Source: Acidobacteriota bacterium (GTDB lineage: Bacteria; Acidobacteriota; Vicinamibacteria; Vicinamibacterales; UBA2999). Taken from it: a stretch of DNA of 64,000 nt. The notes under the pieces are model-generated. The model had not been told where the DNA came from, ran no database searches, and saw only the letters and a list, made by a program, of their open reading frames with translations. Shown here piece by piece: positions 43,251-52,476 of this stretch; the stretch's first letter is position 1; every line of letters begins with the position of its first letter. Made by a program: the position numbers and the translations under genes. The DNA is taken from NCBI GenBank assembly GCA_016184455.1, contig JACPCS010000102.1:11962-75961 (forward strand). The letters are read 5' to 3'.

Positions 43251-44828
43251 TTATTCTGTCGCCCCCAGGCTGCGCAGCAGCTCGATCGTCGACTTCTTGG
43301 GCCCGGGCAGGATGGGCAGGAAGCGGCTGGGCGGACTCGCCATCGCCAGCGTGCCGGTGGTCGCCGCCGCCAGCGGGGTCTGCCCCTTCTTGTTCTTGAC
43401 GTCGAGCTTCGCGCCCTTGCCGACCAGATACGTGACGACGGAGTCGTACCCCCGGACCGCCGCCGCATGCAGCGCCGTGGTGCCGTCGGCGTTGGCGACA
43501 GTGACGTCGACGCCGCGCTCAGCGGCGATCCTGATCGCCTCGAGCGTGATCGCTTCCATCTCGGCAGCGGGGATCGGATCGCGGCGCTGAGAGTCAACGG
43601 GGGCGCCTTCCGCGATCCGCTGGTACCGTTCGACCGAGAAGATCGGACTTTCGCCGCCCAGCCCCGCCCCCGCCATGACCACGGTCGTCGGCCCTTCGTG
43701 CAGCAGCGTGCGCGAATCGCCGTAGTTGCGGCCGACGAAGTACGTCGGGTGGTGCACGAACTGCGGATCCGCACCGCGCTCCAGAAGCATCGCCATGATC
43801 TCCGGCGAGCGGAACCGCGCCGCCAGCCAGAGCGGCGATGCCCCGACCATCCCCGGGCTGAAATAGAAGTCGACGCTCTCTCGCCGGGTTGGCGTCGATT
43901 TCAGGAGCGGTGTGTTGGGATTGGCGCCCTTGGCCAGCAGCGCCGCCACGAGCTTCTCGTCCTTGTGCAGCAGCGCCGCGTGGAGGGCGTTGTAGCCGGC
44001 CAAAATCGAGTTCGGGTCGGCGCCCTTCTCCAGCAGGAACTGCGCGACCTCGCCGTGTCCGCTGTGTGCGGCCACGACGAGGGCGCTCGTGCCATAGGGT
44101 GCGATGTCGTTCACGTCGGCGCCAGAGGCGACGAGCAGCTTCGCCGAGGCGAGGTCGCCGACGCGCGCCGCGAACAGCAGCGGCGTGTAGCCCCCCTGCT
44201 GGACGTCGGTCACGTACGCCGGATTCATCACTTCCAGCGTCGTCTTGACCACTTCGGTCCACACGTTGGTGCGCGCCTGAACGTCGGCGCCCGCGGCGAG
44301 CAGCGCCTCGACGACCGCGGGATGACGCTGCGCCACCGCCCACATCAGCGCGGTCTGGCCGTGCGCGCGTTCCTTCGCGTTCACGTTCGCGCCCTTGGAG
44401 GCGAGCAGCTGGACGATCTCCGCATTGCCGCTTCGCGCCGCCGTCATCAGCAGCGTCTCGCCCGACATGAGCGTGGCGTGTGCGTCCGCCCCGGCCTGCA
44501 GCAGCTCCTGCGTCATGGCGGCGCTGCCGTTCTCGCACGCCGTCCAGAGCGCCGTCACGCCCAGGTCGTTCGCCGCGTTGACCTTCGCGCCGGCCCGAAT
44601 CAGCACATCGGCCAGCTCGAGATCGTCACGGTAGCTGGCCCAATGCAGGGCGGTCGTCCCGTCGGCCTCCGCCGCGTTGACGTTGGCGCCCTGCTTGAGC
44701 AGCGCGCGCACGGCGGCCGGATCGGCGTTCTTGGCGGCATCGATGAGCTGAAGGTCGACGGGACCGGCCCCCAGGCCCACGACCGCCGCCAGGACGAACA
44801 GGCATCCGCGCAAGGCTGTGGCGCGCAT
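43251..44828 (-). CDS. secreted ankyrin-repeat protein
   Basis: A signal peptide is followed by many ANK units (GTTALHWASYRDDLELADVLIRAGAKVNA, GQTALMWAVAQRHPAVVEALLAAGADV...). Confidence 0.85.
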   Translation of the reverse strand: MRATALRGCLFVLAAVVGLGAGPVDLQLIDAAKNADPAAVRALLKQGANVNAAEADGTTALHWASYRDDLELADVLIRAGAKVNAANDLGVTALWTACENGSAAMTQELLQAGADAHATLMSGETLLMTAARSGNAEIVQLLASKGANVNAKERAHGQTALMWAVAQRHPAVVEALLAAGADVQARTNVWTEVVKTTLEVMNPAYVTDVQQGGYTPLLFAARVGDLASAKLLVASGADVNDIAPYGTSALVVAAHSGHGEVAQFLLEKGADPNSILAGYNALHAALLHKDEKLVAALLAKGANPNTPLLKSTPTRRESVDFYFSPGMVGASPLWLAARFRSPEIMAMLLERGADPQFVHHPTYFVGRNYGDSRTLLHEGPTTVVMAGAGLGGESPIFSVERYQRIAEGAPVDSQRRDPIPAAEMEAITLEAIRIAAERGVDVTVANADGTTALHAAAVRGYDSVVTYLVGKGAKLDVKNKKGQTPLAAATTGTLAMASPPSRFLPILPGPKKSTIELLRSLGATE

Positions 44829-44830
44829 GT

Positions 44831-46168
44831 TTACACCCCCGAGAGCGTGTCGAACTCGAGCTTGCCGGTGCTGTTGCCGATTGTCTCCACCGGCATCTCG
44901 AATTTGTCGAGGATCGACACGAGCAGGTTCGCGTGCGACGTATCGGCTGCGTATTTCAGGTGCGTGCCGCCCTTGAGCCGGCCCGCTCCGCCGCCGACGA
45001 GCACCAGCGGCAGGTTATCGCTCGCATGCCGCGTGCTGTTCGACAGACCCGCGCCGTACAGAATCGTCATGTGATCCAGGAGCGAGCCGTCGCCGTCGGG
45101 CGTGGCGCGCAGCTTGCCCAGGTACTCGGCAAACATCTGCATGTGGTGCCGGTTGATCTTCGACATCAGCGCGATGCGATCGAGCTGGTTGTTGTGGTGC
45201 GAGAGCGGGTGATGCGCTTCCGGCACGCCCGCCTGCGGATAGGTGCGCGTGCTCTGCTCCTTGCCGAGCATGAAGGTGATGACCCGCGTCAGGTCCGACT
45301 GCAGCGCGAGAAGCTGCAGGTCGAACATCAGCCGGATGTGCTCGTCGAAGCCGAGCGGCACACCCGACGGCTCATCGATGGATCCCACCTCCGTGTCTCG
45401 CTGTTCCTCGGCCAGCTGGATGCGCCGTTCGACGTCGCGAATCGCCTCGGTGTACTCCTGGAGCCGGCGGCGATCCTGCGGCCCGACGTCGCGTCCGAGC
45501 TCGCCCAGCTTGTCCATCACGGAGTCGAGGATGCTCTTGCTCTGGCGCATCCGGGCCAGCCGCGCGGCCGGCGCCGCTGAACCACTGTCGCCAAACAGCC
45601 GCTCGAACACCGCCCTGGGATTGCTCTCCATCGGGAGCGGCTGCGTCGGCGTCCGCCAGGAGATCGTCTGCGTGTACGCGCAGCTCAGGCCCGCGCTGCA
45701 CTGGCCGGCGGTGCCTTCGCGCTCCATCGCCACTTCGAGCGAGGCGAGCTGCGTCTCCCGCTCGAACTGCCTCGCGAGCATCTGGTCGATGGACGTGCTC
45801 GCCAGCAGCTCCATTTCGCTGCGCCCGCCGCGCACCGTGCCGGTCAGAAACGACCCGGACGCGCCGGCGTGCACCTGGCTCCAGGAGGCCTTCAGCCCCG
45901 ACAGCACGAGGAACTGCTCGCGGAAGGGCGCCAGTGGCTCCAGAATCGGCGTGAGCTCGAAGGTCTTCCCCTCCGCCTTCGGGGTCCAGAACTCCATCGC
46001 CATTCCGTTCGGCACGTAGAGCGCCTGGAAGCGATGGACGGGCCTCGCGACCGCCTTCGCCACGGCCGAGAAGACCGGGAACATGGCATCGAGCAGAGGC
46101 AGCCCCAGCGTGACCCCAAGACCGCGCAGGACGGTCCGCCGCGGCAACGCTTTCATCACGATATTCAT
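44831..46168 (-). CDS. DUF1552 domain protein (Tat-signal type)
   Basis: RRTVLRGLGVTLGLPLLDAM, YVPNGM and HHPLSHH, with the typical DUF1552 layout. Its stop is 2 nt from the ankyrin ATG. Confidence 0.75.
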   Translation of the reverse strand: MNIVMKALPRRTVLRGLGVTLGLPLLDAMFPVFSAVAKAVARPVHRFQALYVPNGMAMEFWTPKAEGKTFELTPILEPLAPFREQFLVLSGLKASWSQVHAGASGSFLTGTVRGGRSEMELLASTSIDQMLARQFERETQLASLEVAMEREGTAGQCSAGLSCAYTQTISWRTPTQPLPMESNPRAVFERLFGDSGSAAPAARLARMRQSKSILDSVMDKLGELGRDVGPQDRRRLQEYTEAIRDVERRIQLAEEQRDTEVGSIDEPSGVPLGFDEHIRLMFDLQLLALQSDLTRVITFMLGKEQSTRTYPQAGVPEAHHPLSHHNNQLDRIALMSKINRHHMQMFAEYLGKLRATPDGDGSLLDHMTILYGAGLSNSTRHASDNLPLVLVGGGAGRLKGGTHLKYAADTSHANLLVSILDKFEMPVETIGNSTGKLEFDTLSGV

Positions 46169-46186
46169 GACGCTCGCCTCCTTACG

Positions 46187-48661
46187 CTAACTGGCGTCCT
46201 GGGATCGCCGCATCACAAACGCCGGACTCTTCACAATGCCGAGAATCAGCGACGACCAGCGGTACTGGCTCGCCGCGGCGTCGCGGATGATCGCGCGCAC
46301 GGTCGGCCGATCGTAGTACTCGATCGTCCGTCCGAGCGCATAGGCCATCATCTTTTCCGTCACCGTACCGACGAACGACTCGCGCTGCCCGAGCAGCATT
46401 GCGCGCAGTCCCGGCAGCCCGTGCACTGTGACGCCGTTCGGCATGGTGGCGGAGGGATCGATCGGCTTGCCCCCCTCGTCCACCGTGCGCCACGCGCCGA
46501 GGCCGTCGAAGTTCTCCAGTGCGAACCCGGCGGGATCGATGGTCGCGTGACACGTGGCACACACCGGGTTCGTGCGATGCTGCTGCAGCCGCTCACGCAC
46601 CGAGGCCGGTCGTCCGCCTTCGCCGGTCTCGGGCAGATCGGGCACATTGGGCGGCGGCGCCGGAGGCGGCGCGCCCAGGATCGTGTCGAGCAGCCATTTG
46701 CCGCGCAGCACCGGCGACGTCCGCGTCGGATACGACGTCAGTGACAGCAGCGACCCCTGCGCGAGCAGGCCGCCCCGCTGATCCGTGCTCGGAAAGGTCA
46801 CGCGGCGGAAGCGGTTGCCGTACACCCCCGGAATCCCGTAGTGCTTGGCCAGCCGCTCGTTCACGAACGTGTAGTTCGCCGTCAGCAGGTCGAGGATGCT
46901 GCGGTCGTCTTTGATCGTGCTGCCGATGAACAGCTCCGTCTCCCGGCGGAACGACTCGACGAGATTCGTGTCGTAATCGGGGTACGCGATCGAGTCGCCC
47001 ACGACATCCGACAGCCGCCGCAGCTGCAGCCACTGCGTCACGAAGTTGTCCGTCAGCGCCGACGCGCGCGGGTCGGCCAGCATGCGCCGCACCTGCTGCT
47101 CGAGGACCTTCGCGTCGGTCAGCGTTCCGCTTTCCGCGACCGTGAGCAGCACGTCATCCGGGATGCTGCTCCACAGGAAGAACGACAGGCGCGAGGCGAC
47201 CTCCACGTCGCTCAGGCGGTACGCTCGTCCCGGCGCGGCGCCGGCCGGATCGCGCTCGATGCGCAGCAGGAAGTCCGGATCGACCAGCATCCGCTCGAGC
47301 GCCAGTTGAATGCCGGCGTCAAAGCTGCCGCCGGCCTCCCGGCCGGTTTTGAAGAACCCGAGCAGCGCCTGCGTGTCTTTGGCCGTCGTGGGGCGCCGGT
47401 AGGCGCGGCGCGCCATCTTCGCCAGAATCTTCGCGGCGCATGCCTCCTCCTCTGCCGCGCGCGCCGGCCGGCAGATGAAGATCTCGCGACGGCTCGGCGT
47501 GTCGCCTGGTCCGGTCACTGTGTACGGGCCGCCGATCGAAATCGACCCGACGTTCGCATAGCCGTCGTAATACACCTCGTTCGCATGTACTTCCCCCGCC
47601 TGCCGCGGCTGGAGGATGCCTTCCGGCTCGAACATCTTGCGGACGAACGAGACGCCGACGAGGTGCGGCCCGGCCTTCACGGGCAGGCGTGCTTCCAGCC
47701 GTTCGTCGGCCGTTCGCACGTACTCCTCCCACTTCGGGTCGCCCGCTTCACCGGTCGACGTGAAGCTGCTGGGAACCGCTCTGCCGGGGGCTTCGCCGCC
47801 GACCGTCAGTCGTTTCACGAGCTGGCCGTCGATCCGGATGTCGAGCTGATGCGGCGACCCCATCCCCTGAATGAAATCCTGATAGTTCGTCCGGAGGCGG
47901 ACTTTGATGAGATAGTCGCCGTCGACCGGGAAGTAATGTCGCACGGCGGCGCCGCCGCGCGATCCGAGCGGCAGCTCTTCGCTCTGGCGATCCTCCTGCA
48001 GGAGGAGCGCCGGCACGTCAAACGTCTCGAACCCCGGACCCGTCGGCGGGATCCCTGTTGCCAGGCGCGTGATCCGGCGCGCAGCCGACATGTACCGCTC
48101 CAGCTGCGCCGTCGAAATCGAGAGCACCTCCGCGTTGTTGTCGAAGCCCGTATCGGAGGTCGCGTCGCCGGGGAGCAGCGATGCGACATCGATGTCGAGC
48201 GCGAGCAGATCGCGGATCGCGTTCCGGTATTCGGCGCGATTCAGACGGTGTACCGTGGCCGGCCGGCCCGGATTCGGCCCGGCCGCAGCCACCGCGCGAT
48301 CGATCTCGGTCTCGAGCCAGCGCGCCGACGCGTCATAGGCGGCGGTATCGGGGCGCGGTCTTCCCACCGGCGGCATCGTCCCCATGCGCAGCTTCGTGAT
48401 GACCTTCTCCCACACGTCCGCGTTGGCGGCGGGTCTGGTCACGTCGACGGTGTCGAGCGCCAGCCCCGCGGTGCGCACCTTCTGGCTGTGGCACGCGACG
48501 CAGTAGCTCTCGAGGACGGCGCGAAGCGCCGGCGCCGACGGCGACGACACCTGCTGCGGCGCCGTCTGGACGCTCGACAACGCAGTCGCCATCCAGCCGG
48601 CGACGAGCAGCACGAACACGGACACGCGTGCCGCCCGCGAAACCCCGGAGCGGTGCTGCAT
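46187..48661 (-). CDS. DUF1592/DUF1595/DUF1587/DUF1588/DUF1585-type protein with an N-terminal CxxCH heme motif
   Basis: It contains CVACHSQKVRTAGLALD and is the usual large partner of DUF1552. The ATG at 48661 gives a signal-anchor; the ORF track start is 48730. Confidence 0.75.
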   Translation of the reverse strand: MQHRSGVSRAARVSVFVLLVAGWMATALSSVQTAPQQVSSPSAPALRAVLESYCVACHSQKVRTAGLALDTVDVTRPAANADVWEKVITKLRMGTMPPVGRPRPDTAAYDASARWLETEIDRAVAAAGPNPGRPATVHRLNRAEYRNAIRDLLALDIDVASLLPGDATSDTGFDNNAEVLSISTAQLERYMSAARRITRLATGIPPTGPGFETFDVPALLLQEDRQSEELPLGSRGGAAVRHYFPVDGDYLIKVRLRTNYQDFIQGMGSPHQLDIRIDGQLVKRLTVGGEAPGRAVPSSFTSTGEAGDPKWEEYVRTADERLEARLPVKAGPHLVGVSFVRKMFEPEGILQPRQAGEVHANEVYYDGYANVGSISIGGPYTVTGPGDTPSRREIFICRPARAAEEEACAAKILAKMARRAYRRPTTAKDTQALLGFFKTGREAGGSFDAGIQLALERMLVDPDFLLRIERDPAGAAPGRAYRLSDVEVASRLSFFLWSSIPDDVLLTVAESGTLTDAKVLEQQVRRMLADPRASALTDNFVTQWLQLRRLSDVVGDSIAYPDYDTNLVESFRRETELFIGSTIKDDRSILDLLTANYTFVNERLAKHYGIPGVYGNRFRRVTFPSTDQRGGLLAQGSLLSLTSYPTRTSPVLRGKWLLDTILGAPPPAPPPNVPDLPETGEGGRPASVRERLQQHRTNPVCATCHATIDPAGFALENFDGLGAWRTVDEGGKPIDPSATMPNGVTVHGLPGLRAMLLGQRESFVGTVTEKMMAYALGRTIEYYDRPTVRAIIRDAAASQYRWSSLILGIVKSPAFVMRRSQDAS

Positions 48662-48857
48662 GACACACCTCGGATGGGAGGAAGGGATGCCCACGAGCGC
48701 CGCCATCAGAGACCGATGACGCATGGACACCTCGCAGGAGGGTAGGCCAATCCTGCGCTCGGCGCCCGGAGGAAGTCAACAGCGAATTACGGCCGAATCC
48801 AGGCGTTTTTGCGCGGAAAACAGGATTGGGAGATGGGAGCAGGGCGCGAGCGAGCGA

Positions 48858-48946
48858 TGGTGCCGGAGGTGGGACTCGAACCCACACGGGGGGTGAACCC
48901 CACCGGATTTTGAGTCCGGCGCGTCTGCCAGTTCCGCCACTCCGGC
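48858..48946 (-). tRNA. tRNA-Leu (anticodon CAA), CCA encoded
   Basis: The minus strand reads GCCGGAG-TG-GCGGAACTGGCAGACGC...CCGGA-CTCAAAA-TCCGG-long variable arm-GTGGG-TTCGAGT-CCCAC-CTCCGGC-A-CCA. It has a 7-bp acceptor, a 5-bp anticodon stem and a class II variable arm. Confidence 0.9.
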
Positions 48947-49123
48947 CGCAGGTGCGAAGCGTCTTCAGTATACGGCGCCCCCGGAAACCGTTACACACCT
49001 CAGGAGGCCGCGGTATGGCCGCGCCTCCGACCGTCAACCGTCGAGCTCCGGAGGCACACAAGATGCACCCCTCAATCGCAGACGCGGCCATTCTGCGCCA
49101 GCGCCAGTGAGGAGGAAGAGGGC

Positions 49124-49909
49124 ATGACACGCATCAGCGCGATCGTGGGCGTCGCGGCACTGACGCTCGTGCTCGGCCTGCCGGCCGGGACAGCGGCTCA
49201 GGTGCCCGACACGCGCGATCGGACCATCATGACGTTCAGTGCGCCGGTCGAGCTGCCAGGGATGCGGCTCGAGGCGGGCACGTACGTCTTCAAGCTGGCC
49301 GACACTGCGTCGCGGAACGTAGTTCAGGTCTTCACGAAAGACGAGATGGAGATCCTCGGCCAGTGGCTGTTCATTCCAACCGAGCGGCGTGACGTGACGG
49401 GCGAGACGATCGTCACCTTCCGCGAGACGAGCGCGGGCTCCACGCCGGCCATCCAGTACTGGTTCTATCCAGGCGAGTCGATCGGGAAGGAGTTCATCTA
49501 TCCGAAGGACCAGGCGTTGCGCATCGCGCAGCGCACCGGCGCAACCGTCCAGACGGAGGATGGACCCGTGACGGCGGACGCTCGCGCGTCCGCCGACGCG
49601 GAACTCGCACCGGCTGAGGAAGAGGGCGCCGTGGCCGTGAGCGGCACCGGGATCGGCGTCGTCGAGGGCAGCGGCCTGCCGCCCAAGGAGTCTGAGCCGG
49701 TCGGCACTGCAGGACGTACTGACGACCTGTCCGCCGACTCCCAGAGCCAGTCGGGGGCGCAGACCACGGACGTTCAGCAGGAATCGACGGACGCGCGCGG
49801 CTTCGCGGGGGCTGAGCTTCCGCAGACCGCCAGCCCGCTCGCCCTCACGAGCCTCCTTGCCCTGTTGTCACTCGGTGGCGTCGCCGTCGTCCGCCGCATG
49901 TGGCGGTAG
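49124..49909 (+). CDS. secreted protein with a C-terminal sortase sorting signal (LPQTA + TM + RRMWR)
   Basis: The ATG is preceded by GAGGAGG. It has a signal peptide, a conserved-looking N-domain (TFSAPVELPGMRLEAGTYVFKL...QYWFYPGESIGKEFIYP), an acidic linker, and ends AELPQTASPLALTSLLALLSLGGVAVVRRMWR. Confidence 0.7.
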   Translation: MTRISAIVGVAALTLVLGLPAGTAAQVPDTRDRTIMTFSAPVELPGMRLEAGTYVFKLADTASRNVVQVFTKDEMEILGQWLFIPTERRDVTGETIVTFRETSAGSTPAIQYWFYPGESIGKEFIYPKDQALRIAQRTGATVQTEDGPVTADARASADAELAPAEEEGAVAVSGTGIGVVEGSGLPPKESEPVGTAGRTDDLSADSQSQSGAQTTDVQQESTDARGFAGAELPQTASPLALTSLLALLSLGGVAVVRRMWR

Positions 49910-49918
49910 TACGCTTGG

Positions 49919-50896
49919 GTGGTGGATGGTCGGTGGCGGACGGTGAGGTTACGGTGCCGCGTCGGCGCCGCGCTGCTCGGCGTACTCGCCGCAGCGGCCG
50001 GCACCGTGCACCCCAACGCGCACACTCCGCGCGTTGGGGGCCCCGCCGGCGCGCGGCCGCAGACCGCCTTCAAGTCCGACACCGACCTCGTCGTCCTGCA
50101 CGTCACCGTGTTCAACGAGCGATCGGACGCCGTGCCCGATCTTCCGCAGTCGGCATTCCAGATCTTTGAGGACGGCGAGCCGCAGGAGATTGCCTTTTTC
50201 AGCGGCGGCGACGTGCCGGTCGCAGTCGGCCTCGTGCTCGACGGCAGCGCGTCGATGATCACGCGCCGGCGCATGGTCATGGCGGGCGCCGACGCGTTCA
50301 TCCGCACGCGCCACCCGGAAGACGAGCTGTTCACTATCCATTTCAACGAGCACGTGCAGTTCGGGCTTCCCGCGACCGTGCCGTTCACCAGCCGCTGGAG
50401 CCTCTTGCAGGCGGCGGTGTCGCACTACCAGGCAGCCGGCCGGACGGCGCTTCACGATGCGGTGATTGCAGGTCTCGATCACCTGGAGCAGGCGACGCAC
50501 CAGAAGCGGGTGCTGGTCGTGCTCTCCGACGGGAAGGACAACGCGAGCCGGCAGACGCGCGACGACATGCTGAATCGCGCACGACGCAGCGACGCGATCG
50601 TCTACACGGTGTCGAGCGCCAACCGGCGGAACGGGCTCGAGTCCGATCCGCGCGTGCTGCGCCGGCTCGCGCGCGTCTCGGGCGGCGTCGCGTACTTCCC
50701 CGACTCGGACGACGAGGTGGTCGAGAGCTTTGATGAGATTGGCGGCAACGTGCGCCGCGGCTACCTGATCGGGTACCTGCCGCCGAACGGCGCACACGAC
50801 GGCGGCTTCCGCCGCGTGCGCGTGGCCGTGCGCGCGCCGGGCCGGGCGAAGCTGACGGCGCGCAGCCGTGAGGGGTATGACGCGCACGCGCACTAA
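49919..50896 (+). CDS. VWFA-related acidobacterial-type domain protein (von Willebrand factor A)
   Basis: FKSDTDLVVLHVTVFNERSDAVPDLPQSAFQIFEDGEPQEIAFF is followed by the MIDAS-like VGLVLDGSASM...TALHDAV...VLVVLSDGKDNAS. Confidence 0.75.
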   Translation: MVDGRWRTVRLRCRVGAALLGVLAAAAGTVHPNAHTPRVGGPAGARPQTAFKSDTDLVVLHVTVFNERSDAVPDLPQSAFQIFEDGEPQEIAFFSGGDVPVAVGLVLDGSASMITRRRMVMAGADAFIRTRHPEDELFTIHFNEHVQFGLPATVPFTSRWSLLQAAVSHYQAAGRTALHDAVIAGLDHLEQATHQKRVLVVLSDGKDNASRQTRDDMLNRARRSDAIVYTVSSANRRNGLESDPRVLRRLARVSGGVAYFPDSDDEVVESFDEIGGNVRRGYLIGYLPPNGAHDGGFRRVRVAVRAPGRAKLTARSREGYDAHAH

Positions 50897-51461
50897 CGCG
50901 CTGCGATGGCTCGAACGCGCCCTCCTCGTCATCGGGCTCGCGTTCCTCGGCTACTACGTCTACGTGTGGACCGAAGCCTATCTCTACCAGAAGATGGAGA
51001 ACCGTGAGCTCGAGGCGATCCTCAAGAGCGCGCCGCCGGCGGCGGCCGCACGTCGCGCGCCGCCCGCGCCGGGATCGATGCTCGGACGGATCGACATCCC
51101 GCGGCTTGGCGTGTCGGCCGTCGTTCGCGCGGGCACCGACGCGCGGACCCTTCGGCTGGCGGTCGGACACATCCCGGGCACCGCGGTTCCGGGTGAGACG
51201 GGCAACATCGGCCTGGCCGCTCACCGCGATACCTTCTTCCGCCGGCTCCGCGACATCCGTGCCGGCGACGAGATCCGGCTCGTGACGCCGGAGGGTACCT
51301 ACCGGTTCCGCGTCGATCACACGCGCATCGTGTCGCCAACGGACGTGTGGGTGCTCAACCCGACGCGCACCGCCGCCCTCACGCTCGTCACGTGCTACCC
51401 GTTCACGTACATCGGCTCGGCGCCCGAGCGCTTCATCGTGCGCGCGGTTCCCGCTACCTGA
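50877..51461 (+). CDS. sortase-family transpeptidase
   Basis: It has an N-terminal TM anchor, GNIGLAAHRDTFF (His), LTLVTCYPF (Cys) and ERFIVRAV (Arg). The start overlaps the end of the VWA gene. Confidence 0.8.
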   Translation: MTRTRTNALRWLERALLVIGLAFLGYYVYVWTEAYLYQKMENRELEAILKSAPPAAAARRAPPAPGSMLGRIDIPRLGVSAVVRAGTDARTLRLAVGHIPGTAVPGETGNIGLAAHRDTFFRRLRDIRAGDEIRLVTPEGTYRFRVDHTRIVSPTDVWVLNPTRTAALTLVTCYPFTYIGSAPERFIVRAVPAT

Positions 51462-51510
51462 TCCACACGCGCCTCATCCGTCGGCACGCGGCTCAGCCGC
51501 GAGAGCCTTC

Positions 51511-51516
51511 TATAAT
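51511..51516 (+). promoter_or_regulatory. perfect TATAAT -10 hexamer upstream of the ParA-like gene
   Basis: ccttcTATAATggga lies 45 nt before the ATG at 51561. I found no convincing -35. Confidence 0.3.
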
Positions 51517-51560
51517 GGGACGGAATTCAGTCCGCAAGCCGGACGGCCACGCGTGTGTCG

Positions 51561-52328
51561 ATGATCATCGCGGCCTACAACCCCAAGGACGGCGTTGGCA
51601 AGACGACGACCGCGGTCAACGTCGCAGCCGTCCTCGCGGGCATGGGGCATTCGGTACTGCTCGTCGATCTCGAGCCCGACATGAACGCCTCGATCTCGCT
51701 CGGCGTGCGGCCGTCGCAGGCACGCCCCTCGGCCGCCGATCTCCTGCTGGGCAGCCGGCGGCCGGCCGATCTCGTCCGCGCCGTGGCGGGCGTCGCCAAT
51801 CTGCATCTCATCACCGGATCGCCTGCCCTGGGGAGCATCGACCAGATGCTGCGGCACGTGCGGCAGCCAGACCGCCGCCTCGCCGACTCGCTGCGACCGT
51901 TCGTCTCGGAATTCGAAATGATCCTGGTCGACTGTCCCGCCGGCTATTCGCTCCTGCCCGCCAGCGTTCCCGAAGCGGCCGATCACCTGCTCGTCCCGAT
52001 TCGCGCTGACTACCTGTCGCTCGAGTCGCTTGCACATTTTCTTCGCTGGTATCGTGATCTCCGCCGTGCGCGCAGGGCGCGCGCGAACATCGTCGGTATC
52101 CTGCTCACGATGGTCGACTACCGGCGGCGGGCCACCAGCGAAATCGTCGAGATCATCCGCGTGCACAACCGGCGCGGCGTGTTCCGCACCGAAATCCCCG
52201 AAGACCCGCGCGCCGTGGAAGCGCCGTCCCACGGGGTGCCGCTCGTGGCCTACGCACGCACGCGCGCGGCCATTGCATACGAGCACCTCACGCGCGAACT
52301 GCTGTCGCGCGTCCGTCGCCGCCGCTGA
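51561..52328 (+). CDS. ParA/Soj-family ATPase with a deviant Walker A KDGVGKTT
   Basis: IIAAYNPKDGVGKTTTAVNVAAVLA..VLLVDLEP...ILVDCPAG...LLVPIRADYLSLESL. The ATG is at 51561 (a GTG lies at 51555). Confidence 0.8.
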   Translation: MIIAAYNPKDGVGKTTTAVNVAAVLAGMGHSVLLVDLEPDMNASISLGVRPSQARPSAADLLLGSRRPADLVRAVAGVANLHLITGSPALGSIDQMLRHVRQPDRRLADSLRPFVSEFEMILVDCPAGYSLLPASVPEAADHLLVPIRADYLSLESLAHFLRWYRDLRRARRARANIVGILLTMVDYRRRATSEIVEIIRVHNRRGVFRTEIPEDPRAVEAPSHGVPLVAYARTRAAIAYEHLTRELLSRVRRRR

Positions 52329-52449
52329 ACGTGCTCGCACCGTACGTATTGCGAGACGACGGTCACCTGCCGTAGGATCGTGGTCTCGTCGGGCATCCGA
52401 GATTAATTACGTAACAACTTAAACACATCTGAATGGCTCTTTTTCCTCC

Positions 52450-52470
52450 GGGTAGGGGTAGGGGTCAGGG
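52450..52470 (+). other. canonical G-quadruplex motif GGGTAGGGGTAGGGGTCAGGG overlapping the expected RBS
   Basis: Four G3-4 tracts have loops of 2, 2 and 3 nt and end 6 nt before the ATG at 52477. An unusually A/T-rich stretch (52399..52446) precedes them. Confidence 0.7.
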
Positions 52471-52476
52471 TCTGCA

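Noticed and set aside
48731-49123. tRNA-Leu as the attachment site of an integrated island (sortase or ParA region on one side, DUF1592 cluster on the other).
   Set aside because: No integrase, no direct repeat of the tRNA 3' end, and no obvious compositional shift next to the tRNA.
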